From positions 5,580,001-5,644,000 of the forward strand of contig OZ176050.1 of assembly GCA_964247055.1 (NCBI GenBank): a stretch of 64,000 nucleotides of DNA, written 5' to 3'. Numbering within the stretch: position 1 is the stretch's first letter; every line of letters starts with the position of its first letter. Under the pieces are notes generated by a model. It made no database searches and was not told where the DNA came from. It worked only from the letters and a program-made list of their open reading frames with translations. The DNA is from Paragordius varius. Its lineage: Eukaryota; Animalia; Nematomorpha. Position numbers and translations under genes: made by a program. Shown here in pieces: positions 39,758-55,097 of the stretch.

Positions 39758-42700
39758 CCAAAACGAATTAACTGGTTGTTTTGATAATAGTTTAAATGAA
39801 TTAATGAACCAATTGACATCAGCCGATTATGAGACAGTTTTAAAAGCGGCAAAATCTATAAAGCACAATGTATTTGGAAGTGATCGTAAAAAAGCTATTC
39901 TCATAAATTCAAATATTTTTCGAGCGCTTTGCACAACACTAAAGCGTAGAAAAGAATTTTCTGAGCCAAGTCCATATTTAAACAATGAATTGTTTCATAT
40001 ACTTACGAGTCTTTGCAAATTTGATTATAGTGAAAGATATAAATTAGATAGCTTTACTGAGAACGGTTTACAGGATATTATTGTCGAAAGTTCATATGTA
40101 TATAATTTTTAGATTTACAAAACAAACTATATCAAAAGCAAGCATTAGTATGTTTCCATGCCATGTCTTTGAATTGTTTATTTAATTACAATAAATTGAC
40201 CCAAGTTTAAAATTATCTAAAAAAATTAGGATGAAATGGTTAAATTGGTTGAAGTTCTTCTTTCAAGCACTCTGACAGATTCTCTTCATCTAAATTATGT
40301 TTTGGACATCGTTAGCCGTATACCGCTCGTGCATTACTTTGATGCTAATTTTATTCGATTGCTTGTTGCTGAGCCCATATTAGATTTTTTTATCAATATT
40401 TTACTAATGCATGATAACGAAAGGGTTTTTACATAATTATTTATTAAGAATTGTTTTAAAGTTTTATATTTAAATCATGATTTTTATTTATGATATGTTT
40501 CTTGGTTTAGTTGCCCTACACGTGTGTTTTCAGTGGCGTTTGAATTTAAAAATAAATATTTTAGGTTGGATAATATTTTTATAATATGAAAAAATATTTT
40601 TATTCGGACATCTCCATTTTTCCAGACGAGTTTTTTTATTATGACACGTGTTATTGAAATAAAAAATAAAACAAAATTAGATTCGTTCAATCTCTAATAA
40701 TTTTTAATGCTGAAACTATGCTTATTTATTTATTGGAATCCTCAGAGTGATTAATAATTAAAACTGGTTCTAAGCACTACTTAGTTCTTGATTATTTGTT
40801 TAGATGATACATATTTAGATTGTCTATTCTCGTTAATAATTTATCTTCCTATGTCAATATGTAAACTACTTCGCTTGAAATGCATTATTATCTAATACTA
40901 ATTTAATTAATTTTGCCTTTGTACGATATCCGTTCTTCTATTTATCTATCAATTGGATATTAAATAAAATTATTAACTGCGTTAATTCAAATATCAATAT
41001 TTATTTATACTGATTTAAGCATAACATGATAAAATTTTTCTTACGATTATTAGATAAAGATGAACATACTTCGAATATTGGTTAAAATGACGCACATAAA
41101 TATATTTCCTCAAGCACTTTGGTCGTATATTTTGCGTGATGATTTTAAATTTGTTTTACAAAAGTCAAAATCTGACCACACTGATAATACAGTTCAAGGT
41201 AAATTAAATTCATCATCATTAGACTAAATTAAGTAGCTATACTTTTTACTTTTGCACCACATAAATCAAATTTGTTACACTTTATTAAAATAAATAAACT
41301 TACAAAAAAACATAATTTACATGGTTTCACTTTTGGTTCGCATTTTAAATTACTCCATTAAATTTAATGGTATAGTTGAGAATGATATTTATTCATTTAT
41401 ATTATGTATGTTTTTTTTAGTTAATGACCTCAAAAGTCATTTTCTCCTTCAATTATTTGAAGATCTCCATGGTGGCCTAAGATCAAATACTGTACAATTT
41501 TATGCTGCAAAATGGTATAGTTAAATAATTAAAAATATATTTATATAAATAGATCATATGGTAGAAAGCAGATTTGTTGTTTAGCTAAGTATTTAGGTTT
41601 GATATCCCTTTACACAAAGGGACTTTTTTTTAAATATATTTTTAAATTTTTAATTATATATTTTATAAAACTTGTCATTTTTTATGTTGTTATCAATTCT
41701 TTAGTTTTGATTTTTATATGTTATTATATTATGTATTTAGCATCACAAACATATACCATAGCCTTATTGATTTCATCAAAGCTGATGATCCCATGTATGC
41801 CAGTTTTGTGGGTAATTTATCAATTTTTACGAACATTTTTTATATAATGTTTTTTAAATGTAAATATTTATGGTTGCACTCAAATATTTATCTTGAAAAT
41901 ATGAGCATATGATGTATATCTAATCAATGAGGACTACAAATAATCATACTATCTAAGGATAAGAACAAAAGTGTTTTAAGTGTAATAATAAATAGCAAAA
42001 TTCTTTTAACCAATAAATAATTATGCACATAAATATCATTATAATATCTAAATTTCATGCTATGAAAATAATATATATGTTAATAAAATATTATATTAAT
42101 TTGAAATTTACGATAGGAAAATTCTACAAGGTTTATAAGGAAAGAATAAATACAATGCATAATAAACTTAACATAAATCCCCTCTTTTTTTGGCTTTTAA
42201 ATATGAAATCCATTATTTTTAAAGTTTTTTACTATAATAGGACAATTGACCCAAAATCAGGGTCAAACAAAACAAATATCAGCCAATAACTCTGCCACTG
42301 AAAACGACATCAATGATTCCAATTCCAATTTGAATGCCCTAAACGGATCTGAACTAACTATAAATGCCTTAATATTGAGGCGAACTATTCCAACCCTTGT
42401 CCGAACTATAAAACAAGAATTAATTACATTGGCACATTTACATGGAAAGAATTTGAATGTTTTTGTTTCCACTCAAACTCTTTCCGCTGGGGTGAATGGG
42501 GTTCGGGGCCTTCTTTCAAACCCAAACCAAGCCATTTACAATGAACATTACAAGCTGTTGATACGGGCTATGTACACTTTAGCAGATTTAATTGGTTTGT
42601 AATATATTGTCATTTCATTTTTATGGGCTAATTTTGATTTTTGCAATAAGTTAAAAAAATTTGATGTAGATATACATCCTGATTTGCAGCTTATGGCTTG

Positions 42701-45700
42701 TTATATCCATCAACTTTTGACTACACTTCAGGAGTTGGTTCAAATGAAAATTCTTGATAATGGTTCATCGTTGGGTTTGGATATGGATTCACCCAAGGTA
42801 TATAATTTGCAATCCTGTCATTTTTTAATAATACTCTATATGTTTATTGAATCAAAATCTTGTATAAAATTTATAAGGCAAGCACATTAACTGTTTTTAA
42901 AACTTTCTAGACGTTTCCATTTTTCATGGATCTGTTGTCTATTGCAAACTTTTTCTCTTTCCACAAATAATTTTTAGTATTCCCGTTTAATAATATTATG
43001 TAACCTGGTTCGAATTATCTTAAGGACAGCCAATCATCATGGCTAATGAGGGCTAAATTACAACATTCACATGTCAAACTTTGGCATCTTGTCTAGCGTT
43101 TGTATGGGTTTAGATTTAAATTCTTTTGGTATATTAAATCCCATCATCGTTGGGCCTTAAAATATTTAGAATCCTCTTATTGTATAAATGCCGATTTTTC
43201 TTGGGGCATCCTGGTAATAGCTTGAAAAATGATGGTTTAAATAGGTACACATATATAAAAAGGATGAAATAGCCAAGGAAATGAAATTGTAGTCGTTTTT
43301 ATCAATAAGAAAGAGATAAATTATTCGACAAAATCTAATTTCAATTTTGTTGAATTACTATATATCAAAATTTTTTAAGTCAGAATTCGCAAAAATAAAA
43401 TTAATTGATTAAACTAACAAAGGTGAAATAGTTTATAATATTTGCGCTTAATAATGATTTTTATTTAACCGATAAATTAATATATAGTAAATTATAAATG
43501 TCGAAAATTTGAATATTTCTTGGATAATTTTAAAATTAGATCTCTCATTGTCCGCAAAACCAACAATTGTTCATTTTTATGCATAACCCATGTTTCAGAC
43601 ATCTCAATTAAAATTATTAATTCCTACTTTTAATTAATTTAAAAAAATTATTTTAATATTGTCAAATTGGTTGTAATTCTGGAAAGCGATCAATCATGAT
43701 GAAATTCGGAATTAATAGAAATAATAAAAAAATATTAAACATTTTATTTTTATTTTTAGGGTATGTTATTTAGGAGTGCGTTGATGGAATTATTTGGCAG
43801 TTTAGCTTCCAACCAAGAGGCCATCCGTAAAAAGCTTTCAGAAGCTCCTTTTAACCTAATAGATATTTTAAACAAATTTACGATATCAACCTCATTATCG
43901 CCAAGCGTTGAAGTTAACGGTATGTTTCTTACAAAAAGCATGAACATAAAAATAAAAAGTTAATGATACTTTTAAAATCATTATCGTTTAATGTAAAATA
44001 AACTAAATTAAAATGGTTGAATTATCCAATTTTAAAATTTAAAATTAATTATATCTTAATGACTAATACTTTGGGTCTATCAATCAAAGTGATACGGCAA
44101 AATTTTTTAATGTTTTAATTAAGTTAAATGCGCTTTTTTGAATGAAAAATGTAATTTGTTATGTTTTTATCGTTTTTTTCAGCGTACGGAATATTATCCG
44201 GAAATGTTTTTCATTCATATATATATTTATCCAAATTAATTTAAAAATACTTATTATGATAATTATATATTTTTAAGTATTTGTTAGCAAGGCGTAAAAA
44301 ACAGAGACGATTAGTTATCGACTATAAATATTTATAAGGTGTAAACTAAATCAGATTATTAATTTTATTTTAAACAATTTTGTCAAAAATTTGACATATC
44401 TACAAATTGTCAAATATAGTTGTAAAGAAATAATTATATATTAGTGGTTCCCAACCTTTTTTGTTAACTACACGTCCCACCAAATTAATCAAAAAATTTC
44501 TCTTTCCAAAAAGACAAATATAAAAATGCAAAATTTATTTATTAAAAAAATCATAATCAATGGAATTATATCTGGAATTGTTGAAATATTTTTTTCATAT
44601 TAGGGACTAATATATAATTTGCATTTAAGTTTATTAGCCTTATATTAATTAAACCAATGCGTTGTTAACTTAATATTAATATATTAAATAAATTAATTAT
44701 TATATAATAGTGATGATTTTATTTATTAACAAAATTTAAGGTCGTTGTTCCAAAATTTTCTCGCTCCCCTAAGTTTTTCTATTCCCCCTTTGAGGGCGTT
44801 CCCCCCTTTTGGGAACCACTGTTATATATTATTTTTAAAAAGGGTCGCTTCCATTTTTTAAAAAAACTCTAATATAATAATTTTAGATTTGATGCACCCC
44901 TTTGTTTCATCCAACAAATTTTGTTCATCATTGGCCAGGCACAATACTTACCGTTGCTATTTATCACTTTCGCGATCGATTCAATTGCTCCGAACATCTT
45001 TTATGGATTCCGAGATTTGGAAATGCCTTTTGAATGATATTCAATCTTTATATGCGCAATTTCAAAAAGTCATGAATCAAGTAACGTATTTTTATTATGT
45101 GTCCTTAAAATATATTTTTATTAATATTTTAGCGTCATTATCATTCAATTTATTTTATTGTTTAGAAAACAATTTGTAAAAGAATATTAATACATATTTG
45201 TATATTTTTTCAGGTTAAATCACAAAATGTAACATTGACGGAAGAATTGATTCAACTTGGTACACTATCTTGTTGGTATGAATATGGAATTATTCATGCC
45301 ATATATAACAATGAAACATATAAACGTGATAAACGTATTGATTTTCTTTTACCAAAAAAATGCAATAATCTTTCCAGTCAAAGAAGCAATGATGAGGTCT
45401 CCAAAGAAAATAATAATCCGGATACCAATTCTTATGAGGGGGAAACGTTAATTTTTACTCTGTCATACATTGTGACTAGACTCAACACATGCCTATCGCT
45501 TCTTGCTAACCTTATTTTGGATTTTTCACCAGCTAAAGAGGTTTGTAAATTTCAATATTTAATAATATTAATTAGCTTATTTATTTATTTCTTGATCACC
45601 CAATTATTAAGTGTGGAACAATATGCTGCCTCTCGTTTTTTTGTCGAATTTACCCGTATTTAAAATTATACCTAATAATATCGCATAAGGTTCGCCCCAA

Positions 45701-48700
45701 AACGAACTTCGCAATACCTGTCGTTTAAGTATACATAATCACTTAGGATTTTTATATATTTTAGCTTATTTAACAAATATCAAATTTTTTAACATTTGCA
45801 ATTTAATTTAACTCTGTCTATTATATTTAGTTTCTAATCAACCAAACTGAAACGCTTGATATAATATGCAAAATTGTAATGGAACATCCCATTTTGATGA
45901 CAAACTCATTGACACGATCCCTATTAGATAATGCTTTATGGGCGCTTATGGTATATAAAATTGTATTTTTTTTACAATATAATAAATTTTTAAATATAAA
46001 ACTGCTTTATCATTATTTTTTATTAGTGTATCTTAAATTCAGTTAAAATTAACAACTGATTTAATGTTATCATATTTTCTACAAATTTAGTTATTTTAAT
46101 TTTATCGTTAACAATTATCATCCAAATTTTTTAGAATGTGACTTTTAAGTCTGAAAAGTCCTTGAAACTCGAACTTTTGAATCGTATAAATTTTGGGGAA
46201 CATCTTTTACCGTTGCTAGAAAATTCTTTAGCACAGTTTGAAGACGCTAAGCCAGATGTTGACAAAAATAAAGTAATGATGGACACAGACTCAGCTCCTG
46301 CTAGCAATTCTACGACAAATTCGGTTAAAGCCGGATTTACTACCGATGAATCGAATAGTTTAGCCATAAAAATATTGGGCATTTTACGTAATGTTTGTGG
46401 GGGTGGGAAATCACATTTGAACATAATTATACCCATACTTGGTGTCCAAAGCTTAATTAATGTAATACATCAACCGGTTTTTTTGTTAATAACTTGCAAA
46501 TTAATATGTGTTTTTAAGTAATTACTACTTTTTGTCCTTATAATTTTATTTTTTACTGCATATTGTTAGACATTGTGTCATGCATTAAGCTTACCACGTG
46601 TACCCGCTGATTACAAGGAACATGTCCTTTGTGTCATGATAAACTTAAGTCTTGCTGGCGATATTAGTTGTAATGATCTACCATTTTCTAGTACATCGGC
46701 AAACAATAGCAACAATACCAATACCCATAAAAATGTGAATAACGAAAAAGGTTCAACCCCCTCCACTTCAAATAATAGCAATAAACAATTTTTGACCAGA
46801 CAAAATTCAAACAGTGGAAGCAATGTTAACAACAATAATAATAATATTAATCCATCTTCACAAATGTTAAATAACTGTTTACAAGAAATGGCAAAACATA
46901 TGCCCATCTTTTATGAAGCGAATAGCAAACAAAATTTTGGTAATCGACCTAATGTACTCCCTCCCAATTTAGGTCATCCGCCTATGAGTCGAGAAGTTTT
47001 TCTTAAAACATTTGGTGAACGTCTACTACTTGGGTAATAAATTTGGTATGTTATGAACTCACAAAAATTAAAATATAGCTATTGAATTTCATACAACGCT
47101 GAGTAAGTATGATCAAAAATTTGCCCTTTTGAATTTGTTTAATAAAGTTTTTGGTTTAAACCAAGGGTCTCCAACACAAATTGCTTTACCAGTTTTTACT
47201 AGTATGCCAATATGATAGATATGTTCATTAAATTAATTAAGGAAATATAATTTTACTAAAATTCTGTGAGCATATTTTTGCTAATTATTGATTTCCAAAT
47301 TTTTCGCGGGTCGCATAAAATTCGATGACTGCGTGTTGGATACATCTGATTTAAACTCTTTATTTCATAATTGTAATTATCTTGTTTATTTTAATATGGT
47401 ATTTTAACGTTTTAATTATTTTCGACCAAAATAGTTTTTTCGATATTAATTTTGCATTTTTTAAAAAAGTATACAGCCCCTTATAATGATCCCCTTACAA
47501 AGAACATTTTTAAATAAACAGCAATTAGATTATGCTGATCATTATGAAATTTTTCCTTTTAAAAAAGTTCTAATTTAAAATAATCGTTCAAAGTTGTAAA
47601 ATCTCCCCATATTATTAATATGGGGGTATATACTCATATTGAGACAAAATTAATAAAAAAATTAAATTAATCATATTATTATTACATTTAGTTTTTTAAA
47701 ATCGGGGGTAAGTTACCGTAGTTGATGTAGAAAGTACGGTACTCCTTTTATGATAATTTCGATATTAAAATTGCTTAAAATAAACAGCGCCTATTACCAG
47801 TTTTTAAATGAAAACCGTTAAAAGTTATGTTTCCAGTTTATGTATATATTTTTAAGCTTTTATGATGTTCCAAAAGCTAATTATCTCTAAAAAAAAATTT
47901 GGTTTTCCCAATATCTATTTTAATTCTTTTTTTTAGATCATAAACCATGTATTCCTTAATAGAATATATTAGGAGGAAAATTTACAATATAAATTAAACA
48001 AATATTATATAATTTTATGTAAGATCTATATTAGTATTTGACAATTTTTACAGTGCCGGAGGTCCACCCCCTCCCCCATCTCTGGTGAATTTGTTGGATG
48101 AACATCAACAAATGGTAGCAAATTGTTCGCTTCCCATCGAAGGCTTAGCTTATTCCGTTATGAATGCAGCCGCGGCCGCTGCTGTCATGCAGGGTGGTAA
48201 GTTTTCATTTTTTTCTAAGTTTTTTTGAAATTATATTTGATTATCAAGGATATTACTCGCCCTTTGTTAAATTAACACATGGATATAAAAACTTTGTAAT
48301 ATTTTTTATATTCCTATATTTGGTTTTACACTTACTTTGGTGGCATTTTCATTTACGTTTTTCTTTTTAGAATGAAATTATTATTTTAAAAGGTATTAGT
48401 AAAAGAATGCAAAATTAATCTAAGCGTCTGATATATCTTTGCTTATTTATAATACGGACAATTAATTATAATTTTTTGTGTACGTCATAACAAAAAATTC
48501 TCCTTAACTTTACAAATAAAATATTGTTTGGTTTATAGGTGGCCTTAATTTAAGCAACCCTAACTCGAATACCAATCTTCCTTTCCTTATTCCGGCTTTG
48601 GCTGCTTTACAGAGTGAGGTGGCAAACTCTGGAAATCCCCCTTCTCTTATTAATCCAAAGTATTATTCAAAAATATAAGAATTTTACAAATATTAAGAAA

Positions 48701-51700
48701 ATTTTACATGATTTTTACAATATTCCATACAGTTTAATGAATCAACAGTTGAACTATCCATCACCACAGTTTCCAAATCAATGGGATGCCCTATTGAGCA
48801 AGCTATGTAATTTGGATTTTTCCAATATAAGATTACCGAATGCTGGATTATTGGATCCTATCCTTAATCAACCACCATGTATTCCTATGGATTTCGTGAA
48901 TACCAACACTAGTACTAAAGATTCTAGCTCAAATAAGACTCTTGTTGAAATCAATGATCAATCACAAGACTCATTAAGTAAATTCCATTTCTGTTAATTA
49001 ATTAATTAATCTTAGTTTACCTTTATTAATGAATTAAACCTATATTAACCTCGTTACTATTAATTTTATTTTTTTAATGATAATTATTGATTTTTTATTT
49101 TTATAATACATAAAATGTTGACCAATACTTTTCGAAGAAAAAAATTTCTTTGCCTTTAGGGGGGTTGATTCTTTAAAAACATATACAAATTTTTTGATGG
49201 GGGAAAAAAATATTAAAAATATTAATTTTTGTGATAGAAGTAAATTGTAATTATTTCTATATTCTATATTGAGGCAGTACATGTGCCCCAACAAGCGAAA
49301 AATCTGAATCATTTCCAGCCTTATTTAATTCTATGAGCGAACAATTGAGTGGATGTACGACTTTATCACCGACCGTTATTATAAGTAATTTTTTATTTTT
49401 AAAACATTGAAATTATACATAAAAACTAAATAAACATTTTTTAAAAAAGATAACAGTATTTTTACATTTTTGATTTGTTAAAATAATACTTTTTTGGCTT
49501 GTTATGTTAAAAATCAAGGTTTAGAAAAAGTTTGACTGTCTTTGTGAAGATTGTCCATGATTTTTATGTTTTACCTTTATCATTTCATTTTTGTTTTTTA
49601 AACAACTTCATTACAATTTATATAGGGAACTATCTTAGTTCGAAATTGAGATACAATTTGGCATTAAGGGAGGATGTTTTGAAGTGTTTAATTGATTGTG
49701 TGTTATCTGTGGATACTTTGCCCTTCAATTCTAATTGGACAACCGACAATAAAAGTTATATGTTTTTTTGAATTTAATAATTTAAATATTATATAATTTT
49801 AATCATTTCACAAGAATGTTGGATAGTACTTTTTTGATAACATTTCTTACAACAATAATTTGCTTATTTTATATTATATGAGATATTATAAGATTTGAAT
49901 GCTTTAATATAAAAACATGAATTAGATTATCTAGCTAAGACATCTATTTATAATAAAATGGCTTCAACATTCAAAATAACATCTGATCCATTGGATAAAA
50001 GAGCTCTAATTGAATATTTTATAAAAATGAATTATTTATATTCAAATTTCTTGCCCATTAATCCTCGTTTTCTTATATATTTTGCAAAATATTTTACTAA
50101 TATAATAATTTTATGTATAGCCATAGAATCCCCGGGCGATCAACCTTCAACTTCTGGGCTTACACCCAACGATGCAGATAAAGTATTTACATTATTACAT
50201 CATTGTTTTTTTATACAGATCTGTGTATTTTTTTATAATTATTTTTGTGCGTTTTGGGTTAAACTGTATATGTTTGAATGCTTTTGGCGATTGCATTTAT
50301 TGTTTATAAATAATATTATGTATCGTGGTCTATATAAATAGATTGTTTATGTTTTTCTCTTTTTAGTATTCATGCAAAAGAGTTTTCCTGTGTTTCATCA
50401 AAAAATATTATTAACTTTAATTTATATTAAAATTTTATGGATGTCAGTATACCATAGTTCTAACTCTGAAATCGTTTAATTTTTCATCATCACTCCCAGC
50501 CCTGGGCAATAATGAATCCATTTATACACCTTTTCCTAATTAACGAACGTTTTTCTATTAAATTAAAACGTTTTTGAAATTCGCCATTCGTTTGATTGTA
50601 ATCGTTTTTGTTGATAAGCAAAACATATATTTTATTTCCAGTGAAAAATATCTAATTTTACCCTTAATAAAAAAAGGAGATCAAGACTGCATTTTTTTAT
50701 TTTATATTCATTCAAGAAAACAGCTACTGAAACCTTGCTTGTTGATGAGGAAACCGTTGATGAACCGCCCTTAGTTGAAGAAATTGGGGAAAATAGTAGT
50801 CAAGGTACGATTTTTTTAAACTCAGATATAGTTTTATACGATTTTGGGTATTTACAAAATTAATTAATATTAATTCACGAGATTTTGATCATGAATAATT
50901 ATTTTTAGTTAGGTTTCCTCATATTAACTACATGCAACTTTTCTCGGTTCTATTTTGAAGATAAATTAAGATTTAACAAATGCCAAGTGCATCATATTCT
51001 GAACCTTATTTGTTTCTAAACACCAATTATTCACTAAATTTTGGAAAAAATTTTCTACTTTTTTGACCGCTACTCCATAGGAGACAGCAATGAATCACAA
51101 ACTCCGAAAGTTAGTATGGAACCTATTAGTGAGGGACTTTTACCCTCAACAATAAACACGCCCTTGTCCTCTAATCCTGTCTCCCTTAAAGCGTCGACCG
51201 ATGAATTAATGTCCGAAATAGGTTTATACTGTATAGATTAATATATTTAAGTTTTCTGGTTAAGCTAATCTTAATATGAGCTATTAACACCTATAATTTT
51301 GCATAGCAAAAGTATTAAGCTAAATTATATATTATGTCTTATTCCATTATTTGTTAAATTTGCGCTAAAACGCCCTTAATATATAAGTAAATTTATATAA
51401 TTTTAATTACCACAACATCTTTTTATAATATTTAAAATATTGCCATATATTTTAAGCGCAAGATAAAGATACTGTAAGTGAAACGACCGTTACAACCAAT
51501 ATTACATGCGCACACATATCTCCTTTCAAGGGAAGTGTTTCGTATACAGTCGCTTTGTTAGCTTCCAAAGTTGCCGAAGAAAAGGGTGAAAGGAAAACAA
51601 CAAAAGATGCGCATTTGGATATACCATTAGAGAAAGGGTATATAATAATTATATTTATAAAAAAATGATATTTATTTAAGATGCTTACTTTGTATCAAAC

Positions 51701-53744
51701 AATTTCAAATATATTTTTAAAAAATTGGTTTTAGAAATTTTAAAATCTATATCGAGTACCCACTTTATTGTTGGCTAATTCACATTATTTTTGGCCAATT
51801 AAAAAACAGTAACCTGTGGGTAAGAATTAACAAGTGGTTAAAATTAACTTTTTTTTCTTACAACATTAAATTTATGGTCAAAAATTGTTATATATTATAC
51901 GCTACTCTATTACCAACTGGCCGACAATAATGTACATTGGCCAATAATAAACTGTGTAATGTAATTAAAGCTCTCTCTCTCTCTGTTCAATCGCTTAATC
52001 GATTTGTTAAACAAATTAAATGTATGTTCAAAATATATCTTAATATTATAGTTTAGATCAGGGGTGTCCAACTTAATTGGCTCCATGGACCGCATTTCGG
52101 GTCAAAAAACTGACGGGCCGGCAAAATATATGAGATATTAATTAGATTTTAAATATAAGACTGTAAAACCTCTTATTAATTAAACATTATTTGCTAGTTA
52201 ATTGCCAAATTTTGCAAAGCTTTCACAAAGTTTGTTAAATTAATTGAACGTAGATTTTTTAAAAAATTTTAATTGAAATTTCTCCTGGGCCGCAGAAATA
52301 TGTTAAAGGGCCGCGTGTTGAACACCTTAGTTTAAATGGTGCAATTTTGATTGCACTAAATCATTAAACAGCTTTTGTCGCCTAGGGCAATAAAAAAATA
52401 CTCTTTACCAATATTAGCGAAAACAAATCGCCCGGGGAAACGAATGATGTATTTACATTTTCACTTACAACCTTGCAACGAGCAGCCTTGAGATGTCTTA
52501 ATTGCATATATAATTCACGAAATACTGCCAAAATTGACTCAGTCATGTCTTATTTACCATTTCCACTCAATACTTTAGTGAGGGATGCTAATGGTAAATA
52601 ATTTTATATTATTTAGTATGTAAACAAACTCTTATTTAATATTTTATTTCTATGGAGTATGTGCCTACATGTTGAGTATGAATTATTTATTTGTTTAGAA
52701 ATATTATATTATTTTAAAATTATTTGAACGATACAATACTGAAATTTTCATATCTTATATACCATATTTTGTTTATTTATTGTCGGTGGTTGTTAACATA
52801 TCGATTTAAATTGGGGTATTTAACCAGACTTAATATAAGTTGATATTTTTAAAAAAAATTAAACGGCCCCAATTTGAATTAACGATTCTATCCTAATATA
52901 TATTATATAAACAAGCCAAAATATTTAAATAAAATTTGTTTTTGACAATATTCATATCAAACTACTTCGACGCCATTTTTATATTATAACATTTTTTCAA
53001 AATATCGTGCTTATTTAATTTTTCTGCTTAAATTTAAGCTAATTTTTTAATTAAATCACATTTATTATTGATAGAAATTAAAAAGGTGGTTTGTTCTGTA
53101 AAAACTTTAAATTTAGCTAATGCACACATGTCATGTTGACTAAATTTACCTTTCGGTTTTACTTTAAAATAATTAATATCAAGCATTTTAAATATATTTT
53201 TTTAATATTTATGTTCATTAATGATCTATAAGCGCAAACTTTTGCTATGGTTTATATTCCTTCCATATTTTTTGAAATATTTAATTTCAAACAGGCCTAA
53301 GGTATCTAGCTACCTCAATTAAAATCGAAGGATTGAAATGAATGTGTTGGATCCAAGTGTTAATATAACGCTAAAATTTATAAGTTTAATATGTTACTGA
53401 TAAACTGAAATTGTTTTATCAATATGATTTTTTTAATTTTTGAAAGATATATTATGCTACCTTCTAAAAATTGAGCCTTGTTGTACATAAATTCGATATA
53501 AAAAATACATTATATAATGCATCTTTTAAATATACATTTTTAAGCAATATACTCATTTATCAATATAACCAAACTTAATCTAAAAAATATATTAACAAAA
53601 TTAACCATGTTAGCCAATAACTTTGCAGAAATATCCCTTATTTGTAAAATATATTAGGACCGATTCAATTAAGATTAATTTTGATTTAATTGTATATATT
53701 TAAGCGTTTATGCTTTTTTCGCAAATCTAACCATCGATGTAGGT

Positions 53745-53789
<45 letters not shown>

Positions 53790-54393
53790 CTTTCGGTATA
53801 TGCAACATATTTAGATTCGCAGAATTCGGGTAGTTATCGCATATCTACAAAAAGTTTTTATTGGCGAATTCTTTATAACGTTCTTAAATCGTACCGATCC
53901 CTAACGTCCGATTACTCAATGTATAGCACGACAGTTTTACCCAATCAATTACCATTAAGTACAGCAAGCAATGTATCTCTTGCCCCTCCATTCATATATT
54001 CCATAAATTTAATGATGCCTCCTACATCAACCCCAATATCTACAAATACAGATTCTTATGCTCAGACATCAACATCGGTCTCGAAAAATCAAAAATTCTT
54101 AGCTCTTAAAGCGTTCATAAAACTTCTTAAAAGACAGACAAACTTGCTCTATTTTACTTCAATGGGGCAATCAGTGGATAGATCAACCGGTATATACATA
54201 GTAAAGCGTGATGCATGCAAATTTTAATGTTTTTAGGGGATCTAGAACTGGGAACATTTTTTTTCAACAGGAACCGGAATAATTAGCTTTTTTAGGACCG
54301 TTAGGGACCAAATAAACGCTTCCAAAAAATATGATTTTTTAATTTTTAGTACAATGCAAATCCTATATTGATATTGTTTTCTATTCATTAGAA

Positions 54394-54427
<34 letters not shown>

Positions 54428-55097
54428 TGAAATTTAGAGAAAGGTAGGATACAATAAAATTTATATGTTATCATCAAATTAATCATAATGTGTCAAAAGG
54501 CAGTCTATAAATCAAAAAATGAATAGACCCTAAATCAAAGCCCATAGACCTAAAAACTATAGAACCTGAACCAATTTTTTTCGAAAAATATTTTTAACTT
54601 TAACCGTTCTTTGAAATTAAAACCATTTACGATTTCGATAATCGTTTATTATCATGTTTATTAACTTCTTTAAGAAAACTCTACTAACCCGTACATCAAG
54701 TGGAACCGGAACCGTTTTTTTAATAAAAATGTGAAACCGACACAATACACAATTCCTGGTTTATAAATAAATTATAACTAACTAATTAGGAAACGCTAGT
54801 AACCCGTTCATAATACAACAAGATAGAACTAATAACGATTTTTTGACTTCAACAACGTCTTTACCTATTCAACGCTTTACCGAAGCAATGCAAAATTTGA
54901 ATGCATCTGACATTTTGCTTGATATTAACCGCGAAAATGTTAAGAACGTTATTCCCGCCTTCGTTAATTGGTTAAAGGATGAAAGTCGTGCTAATAAAAA
55001 AAGGGGGAATAACAACCCTAATATTAATAACTCAGAAAACGTTGTTATGAGATCGAATACTAATAGCAATGACACCTATACAAATACGTCTATTTAA
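39729..55097 (+). CDS. ARMC8: Armadillo repeat-containing protein 8 (GID/CTLH subunit Gid5), ~1,700 aa, 27 exons
   Basis: Exons 39729-40089, 40113-40204, 40230-40424, 41054-41198, 41421-41514, 41741-41811, 42241-42594, 42670-42797, 43760-43919, 44887-45080, 45214-45540, 45831-45950, 46135-46461, 46570-47033, 48054-48196, 48539-48659, 48733-48977, 49319-49384, 49626-49754, 50121-50182, 50717-50804, 51081-51221, 51463-51637, 51810-51819, 52386-52593, 53815-54189, 54790-55097; total 5103 nt, phase-consistent. Diagnostic motifs: KHNVFGSDRKKAIL, SNQEAIRKKL, RCYLSLSRSIQLLRTSF, LANLILDFSPAKE, NALWALMN, KILGILRN. C-terminal exons are less certain. Confidence 0.85.
44442..44821 (-). mobile_element. 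hAT-type MITE in ARMC8 intron
   Basis: TAGTGGTTCCCAA / TTGGGAACCACTG termini; perfect 8-bp TSD TTATATAT. Confidence 0.9.
52059..52329. mobile_element. hAT-type MITE in ARMC8 intron
   Basis: CAGGGGTGTCCAA / TTGAACACCTTA termini; 7/8 TSD GTTTAGAT vs GTTTAAAT. Confidence 0.8.
52797..53359 (-). mobile_element. piggyBac-like MITE, reverse copy
   Basis: TTAA-flanked; reverse complement of 14624-15201. Confidence 0.75.
53750..53787. repeat. (TA)n microsatellite; others near 13290, 18220, 54405, 58410 and 60840
   Basis: Direct reading of the sequence. Confidence 0.9.
54235..54760. mobile_element. Degenerate relative of the GGAACC-rich hAT MITE at 1172
   Basis: GGAACCGGAA motifs near both ends; boundaries approximate; no TSD found. 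Confidence 0.4.

Noticed and set aside
40425-40448. Candidate 24-nt GT-AG intron in ARMC8
   Set aside because: It leads to a stop at 40491. Joining 40424 to 41054 gives HDNER|IKMNILRIL, a gap-free match to the ARMC8 repeat as recalled.
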